DNA of 32,000 nucleotides from Bacteroidales bacterium (lineage in GTDB: Bacteria; Bacteroidota; Bacteroidia; Bacteroidales; JBDKHP01). Each line of letters opens with the position of its first letter. Position 1 is the first letter of the stretch. Shown here piece after piece: positions 1-9,310 of the stretch. A program made the position numbers and the translations under genes. Location: contig CBDDLB010000006.1 in NCBI GenBank assembly GCA_965230435.1, positions 1,628,742 to 1,660,741 of the forward strand, given 5' to 3'. The notes beneath the pieces are model-generated. The model did no database searches. It had not been told where the DNA came from and saw nothing but the letters and a program-made list of their open reading frames with translations.

Positions 1-1
1 T

Positions 2-517
2 GTAGACAAAGCCAATGTACTGGAAAGCTCACGTCTGTGGCGCGAAACTGTTGATGAAATTGCAACTCAATATCCTGAGGTTACATACGAAAAAATGTTC
101 GTAGACAACGCTGCCATGCAAATCATTCAGTGGCCAGCCCAGTTCGACGTTATGCTAACCGAAAATATGTTTGGCGATATTGTAACAGATGAAGCCTCAG
201 TTATCACTGGCTCAATAGGTATGTTACCATCTGCATCTGTTGGGGAATCTACAGCTATGTTTGAACCAATTCACGGATCATATCCCCAAGCTGCAGGGAA
301 AAATATTGCAAACCCATTTGGAACAATTCTTTCCGCTGCAATGTTACTTGAGCATTTTGGAGCACACCACGCAGCAAAAGACATTCGCGATGCAATTAAT
401 AAAGCACTAGAAGAAGGTGAAGTAAGTGTTGACATCGACAAAGAAAAAGCTCTTTCTACTTCTGAACTTGGCGATATCGTTGTTAAATATGTTCTTGAAA
501 AAGAAACAGCTAAATAA
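2..517 (+). CDS. leuB: 3-isopropylmalate dehydrogenase, C-terminal part (5' end outside window)
   Basis: The frame is open from base 2 ([40 protein letters not shown]...). The translation has the isopropylmalate/isocitrate dehydrogenase C-terminal signature ([43 protein letters not shown]). Confidence 0.9.
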   Translation, partial: VDKANVLESSRLWRETVDEIATQYPEVTYEKMFVDNAAMQIIQWPAQFDVMLTENMFGDIVTDEASVITGSIGMLPSASVGESTAMFEPIHGSYPQAAGKNIANPFGTILSAAMLLEHFGAHHAAKDIRDAINKALEEGEVSVDIDKEKALSTSELGDIVVKYVLEKETAK

Positions 518-556
518 AGGCCAATAACTTTACGGAAAAATAACATAGAAGAAACT

Positions 557-580
557 AAAGGCGCAGTATCTGCGCCTTTT
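557..580 (+). terminator. rho-independent terminator after leuB
   Basis: AAAGGCGCAG-tat-CTGCGCCTTTT: a GC-rich 7-10 bp stem, 3-nt loop and T tract, 40 nt after the leuB stop. Confidence 0.75.
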
Positions 581-693
581 CCTACACTTCCCCCTCTCTC
601 CAAAAAATTCATCCATCCTACATTTTTTCTCAGTTCAAAGTGCTACTTTTCTACAACTTATCCCCAACAAGAACTAATCTGGATATCCTCTCG

Positions 694-724
694 TTTGTAT
701 TGCATTGATTGTTTCTTAACTTTG
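694..724 (+). promoter_or_regulatory. Bacteroidota-type sigma-A promoter (TTTG -33 / TAnnTTTG -7)
   Basis: TTTG at 694-697 and TAACTTTG at 717-724 with a 19-nt spacer, 27 nt upstream of the ATG at 751. It lies inside the TTG-started version of the ORF, which argues for the 751 start. Confidence 0.5.
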
Positions 725-750
725 AATTTTACAATAACCTAACCTTACAT

Positions 751-1371
751 ATGTTTCTTAAGTCAATCACGAAAGAACAAATCAATTTACTACCAGTTAA
801 AACTTACGAAGGCCCAATACATCTTATTGACAATCCAGAAGATGTAGCAAAAGCTACCGATTACCTTAAGCATCAGAAAGTACTTGGTTTTGACACAGAA
901 ACCAAACCCGCATTCAAAAAAGGACAAAAGCATGATGTTGCACTTTTGCAGCTAGTTGCTGAAAATGATGCATTCCTATTCCGCCTCAATAAAGTAGGCA
1001 TCCCTAAGGAACTCCAAGCCATACTTGCAAGAAAAGAGATTATTAAAGTGGGGGCTGCCATAAAAGACGATCTTAAAGCCTTAAACAGACACGAATGTAT
1101 GCCCCCTGCTGGTTTTGTCGACCTTCAGAACCTTGTTCGAACCTATGGAATCGAAAGTGTTTCTTTACAAAAAATGACTGCCATTGTTCTTAATTTCAAA
1201 ATCTCCAAACGTCAACAAGTATCGAATTGGGAGGCCAGTCAATTAACCAATGCACAGCTCCGTTATGCGGCAACAGACGGCTGGGTTGGGCTGAAAATAT
1301 TTACAACCCTACGCAACCGCCTTGGCGACCGTTTTCATTATGTGCTACACTCAGCAAACTCAACGCAATAG
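751..1371 (+). CDS. 3'-5' exonuclease domain protein (DEDD / RNase D-like)
   Basis: The ORF track gives 709..1371. The ATG at 751 ([10 protein letters not shown]...) is preferred. Motifs [20 protein letters not shown] and YAATDGW fit the DnaQ-like 3'-5' exonuclease fold. Confidence 0.75.
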   Translation: MFLKSITKEQINLLPVKTYEGPIHLIDNPEDVAKATDYLKHQKVLGFDTETKPAFKKGQKHDVALLQLVAENDAFLFRLNKVGIPKELQAILARKEIIKVGAAIKDDLKALNRHECMPPAGFVDLQNLVRTYGIESVSLQKMTAIVLNFKISKRQQVSNWEASQLTNAQLRYAATDGWVGLKIFTTLRNRLGDRFHYVLHSANSTQ

Positions 1372-3540
1372 CTGTTGTTTTGCTGCACTTACGTTTTCGA
1401 CAGGTAATTTACAAACCCTATCCTTACAAACATATATTTTCGTTTTCCCTTCTACTTCTCTTTCCTTAAGAATTGGCAGGTCTGAAGCGGAATTTGCAAC
1501 TGCGAAGATCAAGTCCGGGCGGTATTCCCGCATAAGCTCCAAAGCAAAGGCTCCCGCCTCTTTTCCAACCACTGCAACTTCGTAAGGTGCTTTAATTAAA
1601 TATGCCTGTAGAATTGCCCATTGGGAATAGTACTCGGCGGCCTGAGGAATATGCTCTTTGATGTTCAGCAGCATTTGCTCAGCTTTCCCAAGAAGCTCAT
1701 CGTCGTATGTCAACGATCCGAGTACATATAAATTCAATGCCATTGTTGAATTGGAAGCAGGCAATACTCCATCATTAAGTTCCATTTTTCGTGCAACCAA
1801 AGCAGAATCTAAATCGGATGTAAAGAAAAACATCCCTGATTTCTGATCGAAGAAATGAGCAAAAACATAGTCCTTAAGTCCAATAGAATGCGCCACCCAT
1901 TTCTCATCGCCAGTAACCTGATTCAGCGAAAGGAAAGCATCCATAAGAAACGCATAATCATCCAAAAATGCATTTATGCTAGCCTTGCCGTTCTTGTAAT
2001 TTCGATAAAGTTGATAGTTATCCTTCATCAACTTCTTCTCAATAAATTCTGCATTCTTAAGCGCCAGCTTCAAAAAAACTTCGTTACCTAACGCCTTATA
2101 AGCATCAACCAGACCTTTTATCATTAATGCATTCCACGAGACCAAAATCTTATCATCCAAACCAGGACGAATCCGCTGTTCTCTAATTGGTAGAACACGC
2201 TGTTTAAAATTACCCAATAGATTGAAAAACTCCTGTTCCGTCATGTTGTTATTCTGGGCAAAATCAACTTCATCTTCCATAACGAACAGCACATTATTTC
2301 CATGTTCCCAGTTCCCATCTTGTTCGATACTATAAAAACGGATCAGTTCTTTTTCTTCTTTGCTCAATAACGCTTCGAACTCTGCTTGTGTAAAGATATA
2401 ATACTTCCCTTCCACCCCTTCGCTATCCGCATCCAACGAAGAATAAAAACCACCTTCATCCGACATAAGTTCTCGTTCTACAAAAGCCACAGTTTCTTCA
2501 ATAACCTTGCGGTACAATGTTTTGTTTGTCAAACGGTATGCATCGCTATAAAGGCTGATCAGTTGGCCATTGTCATACAGCATCTTCTCAAAATGAGGAA
2601 CCTTCCAATATTCATCTACACTATACCTTGCAAAACCACCACCTATGTGGTCATAAATACCACCATGTGCCATGCGGTCAAGAGTAAGTTGAACATGCTC
2701 CAATACAGCATTATCTTTGGTATAGAAATAATGACGGAGCAAATACTGCAACGAATTTGGCAATGGGAACTTTGGTGCACTTCCATAACCGCCCCATTCT
2801 TTATCAAACTTACGCTTCCATGGCTCCAACAGCTCCTTAAACAGATCTTCAGTAAATGGGGATTTATCAGCCTTTTCTGCTATAACTTCTGATAAAGCTA
2901 CTCCACGTTGAATCTCCGCAGCTGCTTTCTCAATCCGCCCCCTATCCTCTTGATATACTTGATTCAGGCCATGAAGTACCTGTAACCAATTCTGTTTTGG
3001 GAAATAAGTCCCTCCATGAACTGTTCGGCCGTCTGGCAAAGCAAACGCATTCAACGGCCAACCTCCCCTGCCTGTTAATAACTGCACTGCATTCATATAT
3101 ACCTGATCAATATCTGGCCTTTCCTCACGATCGACCTTGATACACACATAATGCTTGTTCATTATTTCAGCAACTTCAGGATCTTCAAACGATTCATGCT
3201 CCATTACATGGCACCAATGACAAGCAGCATAACCAATACTTATCAGTAAAAGTTTATCCTCCTCCTTTGCTTTCTTCAATGCCTCTTCTCCCCAAGGATA
3301 CCAATTAACAGGGTTATGTGCATGTTGCAGCAAATAAGGGCTCGATTCGCTGATTAGTTTATTTGTGAATTTATGTTCTTTCATATTTTTAGAATTTGTA
3401 TCGGAGATCATTACCTTTGTATGAACATGAGCCTTTTGATCCTGTTCATCTGGCAAGCCCCCAGTTCCATTCTTGTCTTTCTTCTGTGTAGCACAACCAA
3501 TTAACACAGTCCACAGTATCAGAAAGAAATATCTTTTCAT
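1360..3540 (-). CDS. thioredoxin-domain protein of the YyaL/DUF255 type (N-terminal thioredoxin fold plus alpha/alpha-toroid), predicted lipoprotein
   Basis: 726 aa with a lipobox signal ([16 protein letters not shown]). The motif [18 protein letters not shown] is typical of this family. The long C-terminal region is six-hairpin-glycosidase-like. The 3' end overlaps the convergent gene by 12 nt. Confidence 0.8.
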   Translation of the reverse strand: MKRYFFLILWTVLIGCATQKKDKNGTGGLPDEQDQKAHVHTKVMISDTNSKNMKEHKFTNKLISESSPYLLQHAHNPVNWYPWGEEALKKAKEEDKLLLISIGYAACHWCHVMEHESFEDPEVAEIMNKHYVCIKVDREERPDIDQVYMNAVQLLTGRGGWPLNAFALPDGRTVHGGTYFPKQNWLQVLHGLNQVYQEDRGRIEKAAAEIQRGVALSEVIAEKADKSPFTEDLFKELLEPWKRKFDKEWGGYGSAPKFPLPNSLQYLLRHYFYTKDNAVLEHVQLTLDRMAHGGIYDHIGGGFARYSVDEYWKVPHFEKMLYDNGQLISLYSDAYRLTNKTLYRKVIEETVAFVERELMSDEGGFYSSLDADSEGVEGKYYIFTQAEFEALLSKEEKELIRFYSIEQDGNWEHGNNVLFVMEDEVDFAQNNNMTEQEFFNLLGNFKQRVLPIREQRIRPGLDDKILVSWNALMIKGLVDAYKALGNEVFLKLALKNAEFIEKKLMKDNYQLYRNYKNGKASINAFLDDYAFLMDAFLSLNQVTGDEKWVAHSIGLKDYVFAHFFDQKSGMFFFTSDLDSALVARKMELNDGVLPASNSTMALNLYVLGSLTYDDELLGKAEQMLLNIKEHIPQAAEYYSQWAILQAYLIKAPYEVAVVGKEAGAFALELMREYRPDLIFAVANSASDLPILKEREVEGKTKIYVCKDRVCKLPVENVSAAKQQLLR

Positions 3541-3828
3541 GAATATCGATCAAGTAGGTTAATTATGTATAACAATTGCTCCAAGTTCCAAGAAAACAGT
3601 TCCCTCTGTGGACAACAGTACGCATCTGCAATTGAACTATTTATAGCATTAGGTTTATCAAAAATCAACTTCTAATTTCTAACGAAATTAAATTAATTTA
3701 TTCTAAATAAAAATAACAGACCTTTTATTCCTTGACAAATAGTGTTAATTTCGGATTGATCCACCACGTATAGTAGCGAACAGTTCAAAGCTTAATACAC
3801 CTAATGTAAACCTTAAAAAATCAAGATC

Positions 3829-4434
3829 ATGAAAGCTCTAAAATTTATCTTTTACACCACTGTATTCATCGTTTCAGCAGTTCTTGTTGTTGCTTTTTTT
3901 CTACCCTCGTCTTATCAGGTAGAACGCTCTATCGAAGTCAAAGCCACACCTCAACAATGCTACGATAATGTAGCAGACCTAAACCACTACAAAAACTGGA
4001 ACCCTTGGTCGAGAATGGAGCCTACATCAGAACAGATTGTTTACCAGCCCAGCAAAGGACTTAATGCAAAATGGAGCTGGAAAGGAAAAAAAATCGGAGA
4101 AGGAAGCCTCACAATCAAGAAAGTAGAGATTGGAAAAAATATAGAAACCCATCTTCAATTTATAAAACCATTCAAAAGTGAATCCACAGGCAATTGGCAA
4201 TTTGAAAAAAGCCAGTCCAACACAAAAATAACATGGGGCAACACCGGTAAGTTAGACTATCCTATTGGAAGAATTATGGGACTTGGCCTAAAAAACATGC
4301 TCGGAACCGATTTTGAAAATGGACTCGCCAACCTAAAGGAATACATAGAGAAAAACCAACCCAAAGTTCAACCAACTTCTGATAGTTTATCCACGGCTCA
4401 GGACAGTATTCTGGAGTCAGCTAACAACAAATAA
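3829..4434 (+). CDS. SRPBCC (polyketide cyclase/dehydrase-like) family protein with N-terminal membrane anchor
   Basis: 201 aa with an N-terminal hydrophobic helix followed by a START/Bet-v1-like pattern (SIEVKATPQQCYDNVADLNHYKNWNPW). Assigned from memory of the family. Confidence 0.55.
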   Translation: MKALKFIFYTTVFIVSAVLVVAFFLPSSYQVERSIEVKATPQQCYDNVADLNHYKNWNPWSRMEPTSEQIVYQPSKGLNAKWSWKGKKIGEGSLTIKKVEIGKNIETHLQFIKPFKSESTGNWQFEKSQSNTKITWGNTGKLDYPIGRIMGLGLKNMLGTDFENGLANLKEYIEKNQPKVQPTSDSLSTAQDSILESANNK

Positions 4435-4619
4435 AAATAATCGAAAAGGGACGAAAGCCAAGCTACTACCATAAAATTGCACTGCTTTACTTAACTTTGC
4501 CTTATTCTATATTCACAAAGCTAGCAACTTGACTCCTCATCAATCTGTTTATCAATGCAGTGAGGATTTCAACTTGCATTTGAATTAGAACTTCAATTTA
4601 TAAAAAACTCGATAATAAG

Positions 4620-4946
4620 ATGGCAAAGAAACATATTCTTTCTGAAAAAGACATCGAACAGCTCATAAAACCAATGGGTTCTTGCATTGCATCTACACGT
4701 ATTACATGCGACGGAGCAAAAATCGGTTTTATGTACCGCGACGAACCTGAGTTTGAAATCGACTGTGGATGGCGTTTTCTAGCAGGTGATGAAACCGAAG
4801 AATACTTAGAAGACGATGAAAACTCAAAAATATACGATGTAAACACAATAGCCAATCATGACAAAGCAATTATTGACTACCTAAAAATGCCTGTTGGTAC
4901 AGAATTGGAACGTGATGGCGAAAAATTCGTACCTGTTGAAGATTAG
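4620..4946 (+). CDS. DUF2185 domain protein (Imm33-like)
   Basis: 108 aa and acidic. The motif DCGWRFLAGDETEEYLEDDENSKIYDVNTI matches my recollection of the DUF2185 core (SGW-F--GDE). Confidence 0.6.
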   Translation: MAKKHILSEKDIEQLIKPMGSCIASTRITCDGAKIGFMYRDEPEFEIDCGWRFLAGDETEEYLEDDENSKIYDVNTIANHDKAIIDYLKMPVGTELERDGEKFVPVED

Positions 4947-4958
4947 CTAACACCTTAT

Positions 4959-4986
4959 AAAGCTGTCATCTAAAGGCGGCTTTTTT
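4959..4986 (+). terminator. rho-independent terminator
   Basis: AAAGCTGTC-atctaaa-GGCGGCTTT (9 bp including 2 G-U pairs) followed by a T6 run. Confidence 0.6.
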
Positions 4987-5050
4987 CTCCTTCCCTCAAA
5001 TAAAATAAGACCTTATCCTCTCTTTTTTCGCTCTTTTTCTTATTCGTCTT

Positions 5051-5068
5051 TACTTTTGTATAACTTTG
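5051..5068 (+). promoter_or_regulatory. candidate -7 promoter boxes for uvrB
   Basis: Two adjacent TAnnTTTG matches, TACTTTTG at 5051-5058 and TAACTTTG at 5061-5068, lie 24-34 nt upstream of the uvrB ATG. The -33 element is weak. Confidence 0.35.
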
Positions 5069-5091
5069 GTTTACCAACAAACCGTAAAGGC

Positions 5092-7122
5092 ATGGAATTT
5101 AAGTTATCATCGAAATTTAAACCAACTGGCGATCAGCCCGAAGCAATACGCCAATTAGTTGAAGGAGTAAACAGAGGCGATAAATACCAGATACTATTGG
5201 GAGTAACAGGTTCGGGAAAAACATTTACAACAGCAAATGTTATCGAAAAACTACAGCGCCCAACCCTAATTCTAAGCCACAATAAAACACTTGCAGCCCA
5301 GTTATATGCAGAGTTCAAAGAATTTTTTCCCGAAAATCGGGTTGAATATTTTGTATCATACTACGACTATTATCAACCAGAAGCCTATATGCCTGTAACG
5401 GGCACTTACATAGAAAAAGATCTTTCAATAAACGATGAAATCGAAAAACTACGGCTAAGTGCAACTTCCGCTTTACTTTCTGGCCGTAGGGACATTATCG
5501 TTATTTCTTCTGTTTCCTGTCTATACGGTATCGGTAACCCCGACGATTTTCATGAAAACATCATACGAATAGAGCGAGGTCAGAAAATTGCCCGCAACAA
5601 ACTTCTACGAGATCTTGTCAGTAGTTTGTATTCACGAAACGATCTGGATTTCAGCAGAGGAAATTTCCGGGTAAAGGGAGATACTGTTGACCTATATCTT
5701 GCATATGATGAAACTGCACTTCGTATAATATTCTGGGACGATGAAATAGAAGAATTATACTCTTTCGATCCTGCAAATAGCGAAATAATTGAGGAACTTC
5801 AAGATGCGGTCATCTTTCCAGCAAACATTTTTGTAACCACACAAGAGCGAACCAAACAAGCTGTGGTTGAAATTCAGGACGACATGGTAAACCAAGTTGA
5901 ATTTTTCAAGCAAAATGGACAAAAACAAGAAGCAAAACGCCTAGAAGACCGTGTTATTTATGACCTTGAGATGATTAAAGAGCTCGGCTATTGTTCTGGC
6001 ATCGAAAACTACTCAAGATATTTCGATGGCCGCAAACCAGGATCACGCCCCTTCTGTTTGCTCGATTATTTTCCAGATGACTTTGTCCATATTGTTGACG
6101 AAAGCCACGTAACAATCCCTCAAATACGTGCCATGTACGGAGGAGACAACTCCCGTAAGCGTGTTCTTGTAGAACACGGTTTTCGGCTACCATCTGCCAT
6201 AGACAACCGCCCCCTGAAATTCGAAGAGTACGAAAGCCTTATCGATCAAACTATTTACCTATCAGCAACACCAGCCGATTATGAACTTCATAAATGCGAA
6301 GGGGTAGTTGTAGAACAAGTTGTAAGGCCGACTGGGCTTCTCGACCCAAAAATCGAAGTGAGACCTACGCTAAACCAGATCGACGATCTGCAAACCGAAA
6401 TTCAAGGACGAATAGCAAAAAATGAAAGAATACTGGTAACTACCCTCACCAAACGAATGGCAGAAGAACTCACTGATTATCTAAACAAACTATCAGTAAA
6501 AACTGCTTATATACACTCAGATGTAGATACTCTGGATCGAGTAGAAATAATGGAAAAACTACGTGAAGGTATCTTTGACGTTCTAGTTGGAGTTAACCTA
6601 TTAAGAGAAGGGCTCGACCTTCCTGAAGTTTCGCTTGTTGCCATTTTAGATGCAGACAAGGAGGGCTTCCTGAGATCTGAACGATCTCTCACCCAAACAG
6701 CCGGACGTGCTGCACGAAATGTAAATGGCATGGTAATCATGTATGCCGATAACATAACAAAATCCATGCAAAGAACCATAGAAGGTACAAACCACAGAAG
6801 AGCCAAACAAATCGACTACAACGAGAAAAACAACATAACACCTAGTCCTGTTAAGAAATCTGCGTCCTCTATTATCGAACAAGTAAGAGGAGGTAGCGGA
6901 AATACTAATAAAAAAACACAATATTCTATTCCAGATGAAGCAACCTTTGCTGCAGAACCAGTAGTCCAGTATATGTCGGGCGAGCAATTAAAGAAAGCCA
7001 TTGAAAAGACAAAAAAAGAAATGCAAAAAGCCTCCAAGGAGCTTGATTTCATTGAGGCTGCGAGACTTAGGGATGAGATGTATGGATTGCAAAAAATTCT
7101 TAATGAGAAAGAAAAATCATAA
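5092..7122 (+). CDS. uvrB: excinuclease ABC subunit B
   Basis: The start is taken at MEFKLSSKFKPTGDQPEAI; the track ORF begins 36 nt earlier at a non-ATG codon. Evidence: Walker A GVTGSGKT, YYDYYQPEAY, helicase motifs and a C-terminal UVR domain (EAARLRDEM). Confidence 0.97.
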   Translation: MEFKLSSKFKPTGDQPEAIRQLVEGVNRGDKYQILLGVTGSGKTFTTANVIEKLQRPTLILSHNKTLAAQLYAEFKEFFPENRVEYFVSYYDYYQPEAYMPVTGTYIEKDLSINDEIEKLRLSATSALLSGRRDIIVISSVSCLYGIGNPDDFHENIIRIERGQKIARNKLLRDLVSSLYSRNDLDFSRGNFRVKGDTVDLYLAYDETALRIIFWDDEIEELYSFDPANSEIIEELQDAVIFPANIFVTTQERTKQAVVEIQDDMVNQVEFFKQNGQKQEAKRLEDRVIYDLEMIKELGYCSGIENYSRYFDGRKPGSRPFCLLDYFPDDFVHIVDESHVTIPQIRAMYGGDNSRKRVLVEHGFRLPSAIDNRPLKFEEYESLIDQTIYLSATPADYELHKCEGVVVEQVVRPTGLLDPKIEVRPTLNQIDDLQTEIQGRIAKNERILVTTLTKRMAEELTDYLNKLSVKTAYIHSDVDTLDRVEIMEKLREGIFDVLVGVNLLREGLDLPEVSLVAILDADKEGFLRSERSLTQTAGRAARNVNGMVIMYADNITKSMQRTIEGTNHRRAKQIDYNEKNNITPSPVKKSASSIIEQVRGGSGNTNKKTQYSIPDEATFAAEPVVQYMSGEQLKKAIEKTKKEMQKASKELDFIEAARLRDEMYGLQKILNEKEKS

Positions 7123-7167
7123 AAAATGTTAGATTGGCATATCCTTTGATTTTGTTACACAACAAAA

Positions 7168-7199
7168 TTTGCAGATAATGCGTTAGAAAATTATATTTG
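7168..7199 (+). promoter_or_regulatory. Bacteroidota-type promoter (TTTG / TATATTTG)
   Basis: TTTG at 7168-7171 and TATATTTG at 7192-7199 with a 20-nt spacer, 45 nt upstream of the M23 peptidase start. Confidence 0.45.
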
Positions 7200-7244
7200 C
7201 GATCACATCGGAGGACATTCCTTTAAACGGAAATAAAATTAATC

Positions 7245-8204
7245 ATGTTTCACAACAGTTATAAATTTAATAAGAAAACCTTAGAGTTTGAAAAAATTGA
7301 CTACCGGTCAACAAAGCGTATCTATCAAATTTTCTTGGGTTTTGGAGGGGCAGTAACAGTTGTATTTGCAACTGTAGTAGGGATATTATTCTGGGTATTC
7401 GATTTCAAAAGTGCTTCGATGCTCAAACGTGAAAATGACGTCCTTAAAACACAATACGAACAACTTTCAGAAAGGCTAGATAATATCAACCTTCTAGTAT
7501 CTGACTTAGAGCAACGGGACGATAATCTGTATCGTTTCCTACTAAACACCAAGCCTGTTCCTAAAACAATTCGTGCAGCTGGCTTTGGAGGTTCTGCTAG
7601 ATACAAAAATCTTGAAGGGCACAAGTATTCAGATTTACTTATTGAAACTACACTTAAGCTAGATAAACTTTCGAAAAAGGCCTTAGTACAATCTAAGTCC
7701 TATGAAGATGTATTGAAGATTGCTAAAGAAAAAGCAGCAATGCTTCAGCACATTCCTGCACTTCAACCAGTTTCTTTAAAAAAATCTCACCTTTCGTCAC
7801 TCTTCGGTGTACGTATTCACCCTGTTTACAAGCGCCGAAAAATGCACACTGGTCTAGATTTCAGTGCTCCAATCGGAACACCAATCTATGCTCCTGGCAA
7901 TGGAAAAATAATTTCAACAAAATACACTAGCGGATATGGTAGGGAAGTTCTTATTAGCCATGGATATGGTTATGTAACCCGCTATGCCCACATGCATAAA
8001 ATTAATGTAAAACGCGGACAGAAAATAAAACGTGGTGAGATTATTGGCACAGTAGGTAATACTGGACTTTCAACTGGTCCGCACTTGCACTATGAAATTA
8101 TTAAAGACGGAAAGAAAATTAATCCTATTGCATTTTTCTTCCCAGATGTAACACCAGAGGAATTTAATAATAGCAAAACAGAATCTACTACATCAAGCAG
8201 ATAA
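7245..8204 (+). CDS. M23 family metallopeptidase (LytM domain) with N-terminal TM helix and coiled coil
   Basis: HTGLDFSAPIGTPIYAPGNGKI ... GNTGLSTGPHLHYEI, the M23 zinc-ligand motifs. Confidence 0.9.
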   Translation: MFHNSYKFNKKTLEFEKIDYRSTKRIYQIFLGFGGAVTVVFATVVGILFWVFDFKSASMLKRENDVLKTQYEQLSERLDNINLLVSDLEQRDDNLYRFLLNTKPVPKTIRAAGFGGSARYKNLEGHKYSDLLIETTLKLDKLSKKALVQSKSYEDVLKIAKEKAAMLQHIPALQPVSLKKSHLSSLFGVRIHPVYKRRKMHTGLDFSAPIGTPIYAPGNGKIISTKYTSGYGREVLISHGYGYVTRYAHMHKINVKRGQKIKRGEIIGTVGNTGLSTGPHLHYEIIKDGKKINPIAFFFPDVTPEEFNNSKTESTTSSR

Positions 8205-8231
8205 GGAAAACCAAGTGTGACAAAATATATG

Positions 8232-8271
8232 AACGTTAGCTCAACTAGAGCTGACGTTTTTTTATTTTTTT
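8232..8271 (+). terminator. rho-independent terminator
   Basis: AACGTTAGCTC-aacta-GAGCTGACGTT (11 bp, one G-U pair) followed by TTTTTTATTTTTTT. Confidence 0.8.
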
Positions 8272-8366
8272 AGCACTTATGTAGCATAATTACCTGGATA
8301 AACTCCCAGTTTCTTTTAGTAAATTTGAACAAAGAAAGACAAAAATCAACGCTCTAATTTCAAATA

Positions 8367-8987
8367 GTGGAGAAGATAAAACCGAACAGGAACAGAACTC
8401 AAAAACTACGTTTACTTCATTTATATTATAAACGCACAGGGTTCTACCCATTTTTATTGAATACAGGATTAAAAGTTGCAATTGGACTTGGAGCAGTGGT
8501 TCTTCTGCTAATTATTTTGGAAAAACATGTAATCAGCCTCGACGATTTAATGTCGTTGATGCTGGACAGATTTCCCAACTGGGCTATACTTACTGTTTTT
8601 TTTATAGCAGAAAGTTTTTTAGGCCTACTTCCGCCTGATCTATTCATCATCTGGAGCGGAAAATTTGAACAGCCATGGCAAATGCTCACAGTAACTGGAA
8701 CTGTATCAATGGCGGGAGGAATAATGGCATTTCAGCTTGGAAGATGGCTTCTTCATTGGGACAGTTTAAGGAGCTACATTGAAAACAAGTTTGCCAAATA
8801 TCTAGTGATGCTAAACAAATGGGGAGGTCTGCTTGTAATTCTTGCCGCTCTATTTCCACTTCCTTACGGGGCAGTTTGCACATTAGCTGGAATTGTTAAT
8901 TTTCCACCAAAATTATTTCTACTTTTTAATGTTACCCGCTATCTGCGATTTTATTTATACGCCTTGGTATTGTTCAATGTTGTATAA
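8367..8987 (+). CDS. small polytopic membrane protein, DedA/YqaA(VTT)-like
   Basis: 206 aa with a GTG start and 4-5 hydrophobic helices. The FFIAESFLGLLPPDLFIIW motif resembles the VTT/SNARE-associated family. The family call is from memory only. Confidence 0.45.
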   Translation: MEKIKPNRNRTQKLRLLHLYYKRTGFYPFLLNTGLKVAIGLGAVVLLLIILEKHVISLDDLMSLMLDRFPNWAILTVFFIAESFLGLLPPDLFIIWSGKFEQPWQMLTVTGTVSMAGGIMAFQLGRWLLHWDSLRSYIENKFAKYLVMLNKWGGLLVILAALFPLPYGAVCTLAGIVNFPPKLFLLFNVTRYLRFYLYALVLFNVV

Positions 8988-9310
8988 AAAACATTACCCA
9001 GTGTAACTAGAGTGCGAAAACACTACATAGAAAAAGAGAGGCTGGCTCCATGGAGAAGTCTTTCTAAGTTCTATTTAGAAACGTCAAAGATATAATCAGA
9101 GTTACAGACAATTTCCACGGCATTACTCAATGCCTGATAGTGTTATACATATAATGCTTATGTTGAGAACATGTCTTCTCGCCGTCCTTCTAAAAGATGG
9201 ATCAAATGTTAATATTTTTGAATTTATCATATTGATTCGTACACTTTTTTAAGAGTAAATAGAGGCATTTCGAACGAGCTTGACACGTATAACTACTCAA
9301 TGCCCTTCTT

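Noticed and set aside
709-750. The TTG-initiated N-terminal extension of the 3'-5' exonuclease ORF, as listed in the track.
   Set aside because: A good TTG-N19-TAACTTTG promoter (694-724) lies inside the extension. The first ATG (751) begins a sensible N-terminus.
1227-1585. Plus-strand ORFs at 1227-1469 and 1322-1585.
   Set aside because: They are out of frame with, or antisense to, the well-supported exonuclease and thioredoxin-domain genes.
9119-9304. A repeated TACTCAATGCC 11-mer (9124 and 9294) with GGCATT partners forming hairpins downstream of the kinase gene.
   Set aside because: The stems are short (6 bp) with no U tract on either strand. It may be a weak terminator or chance, and there is not enough support to call a feature.
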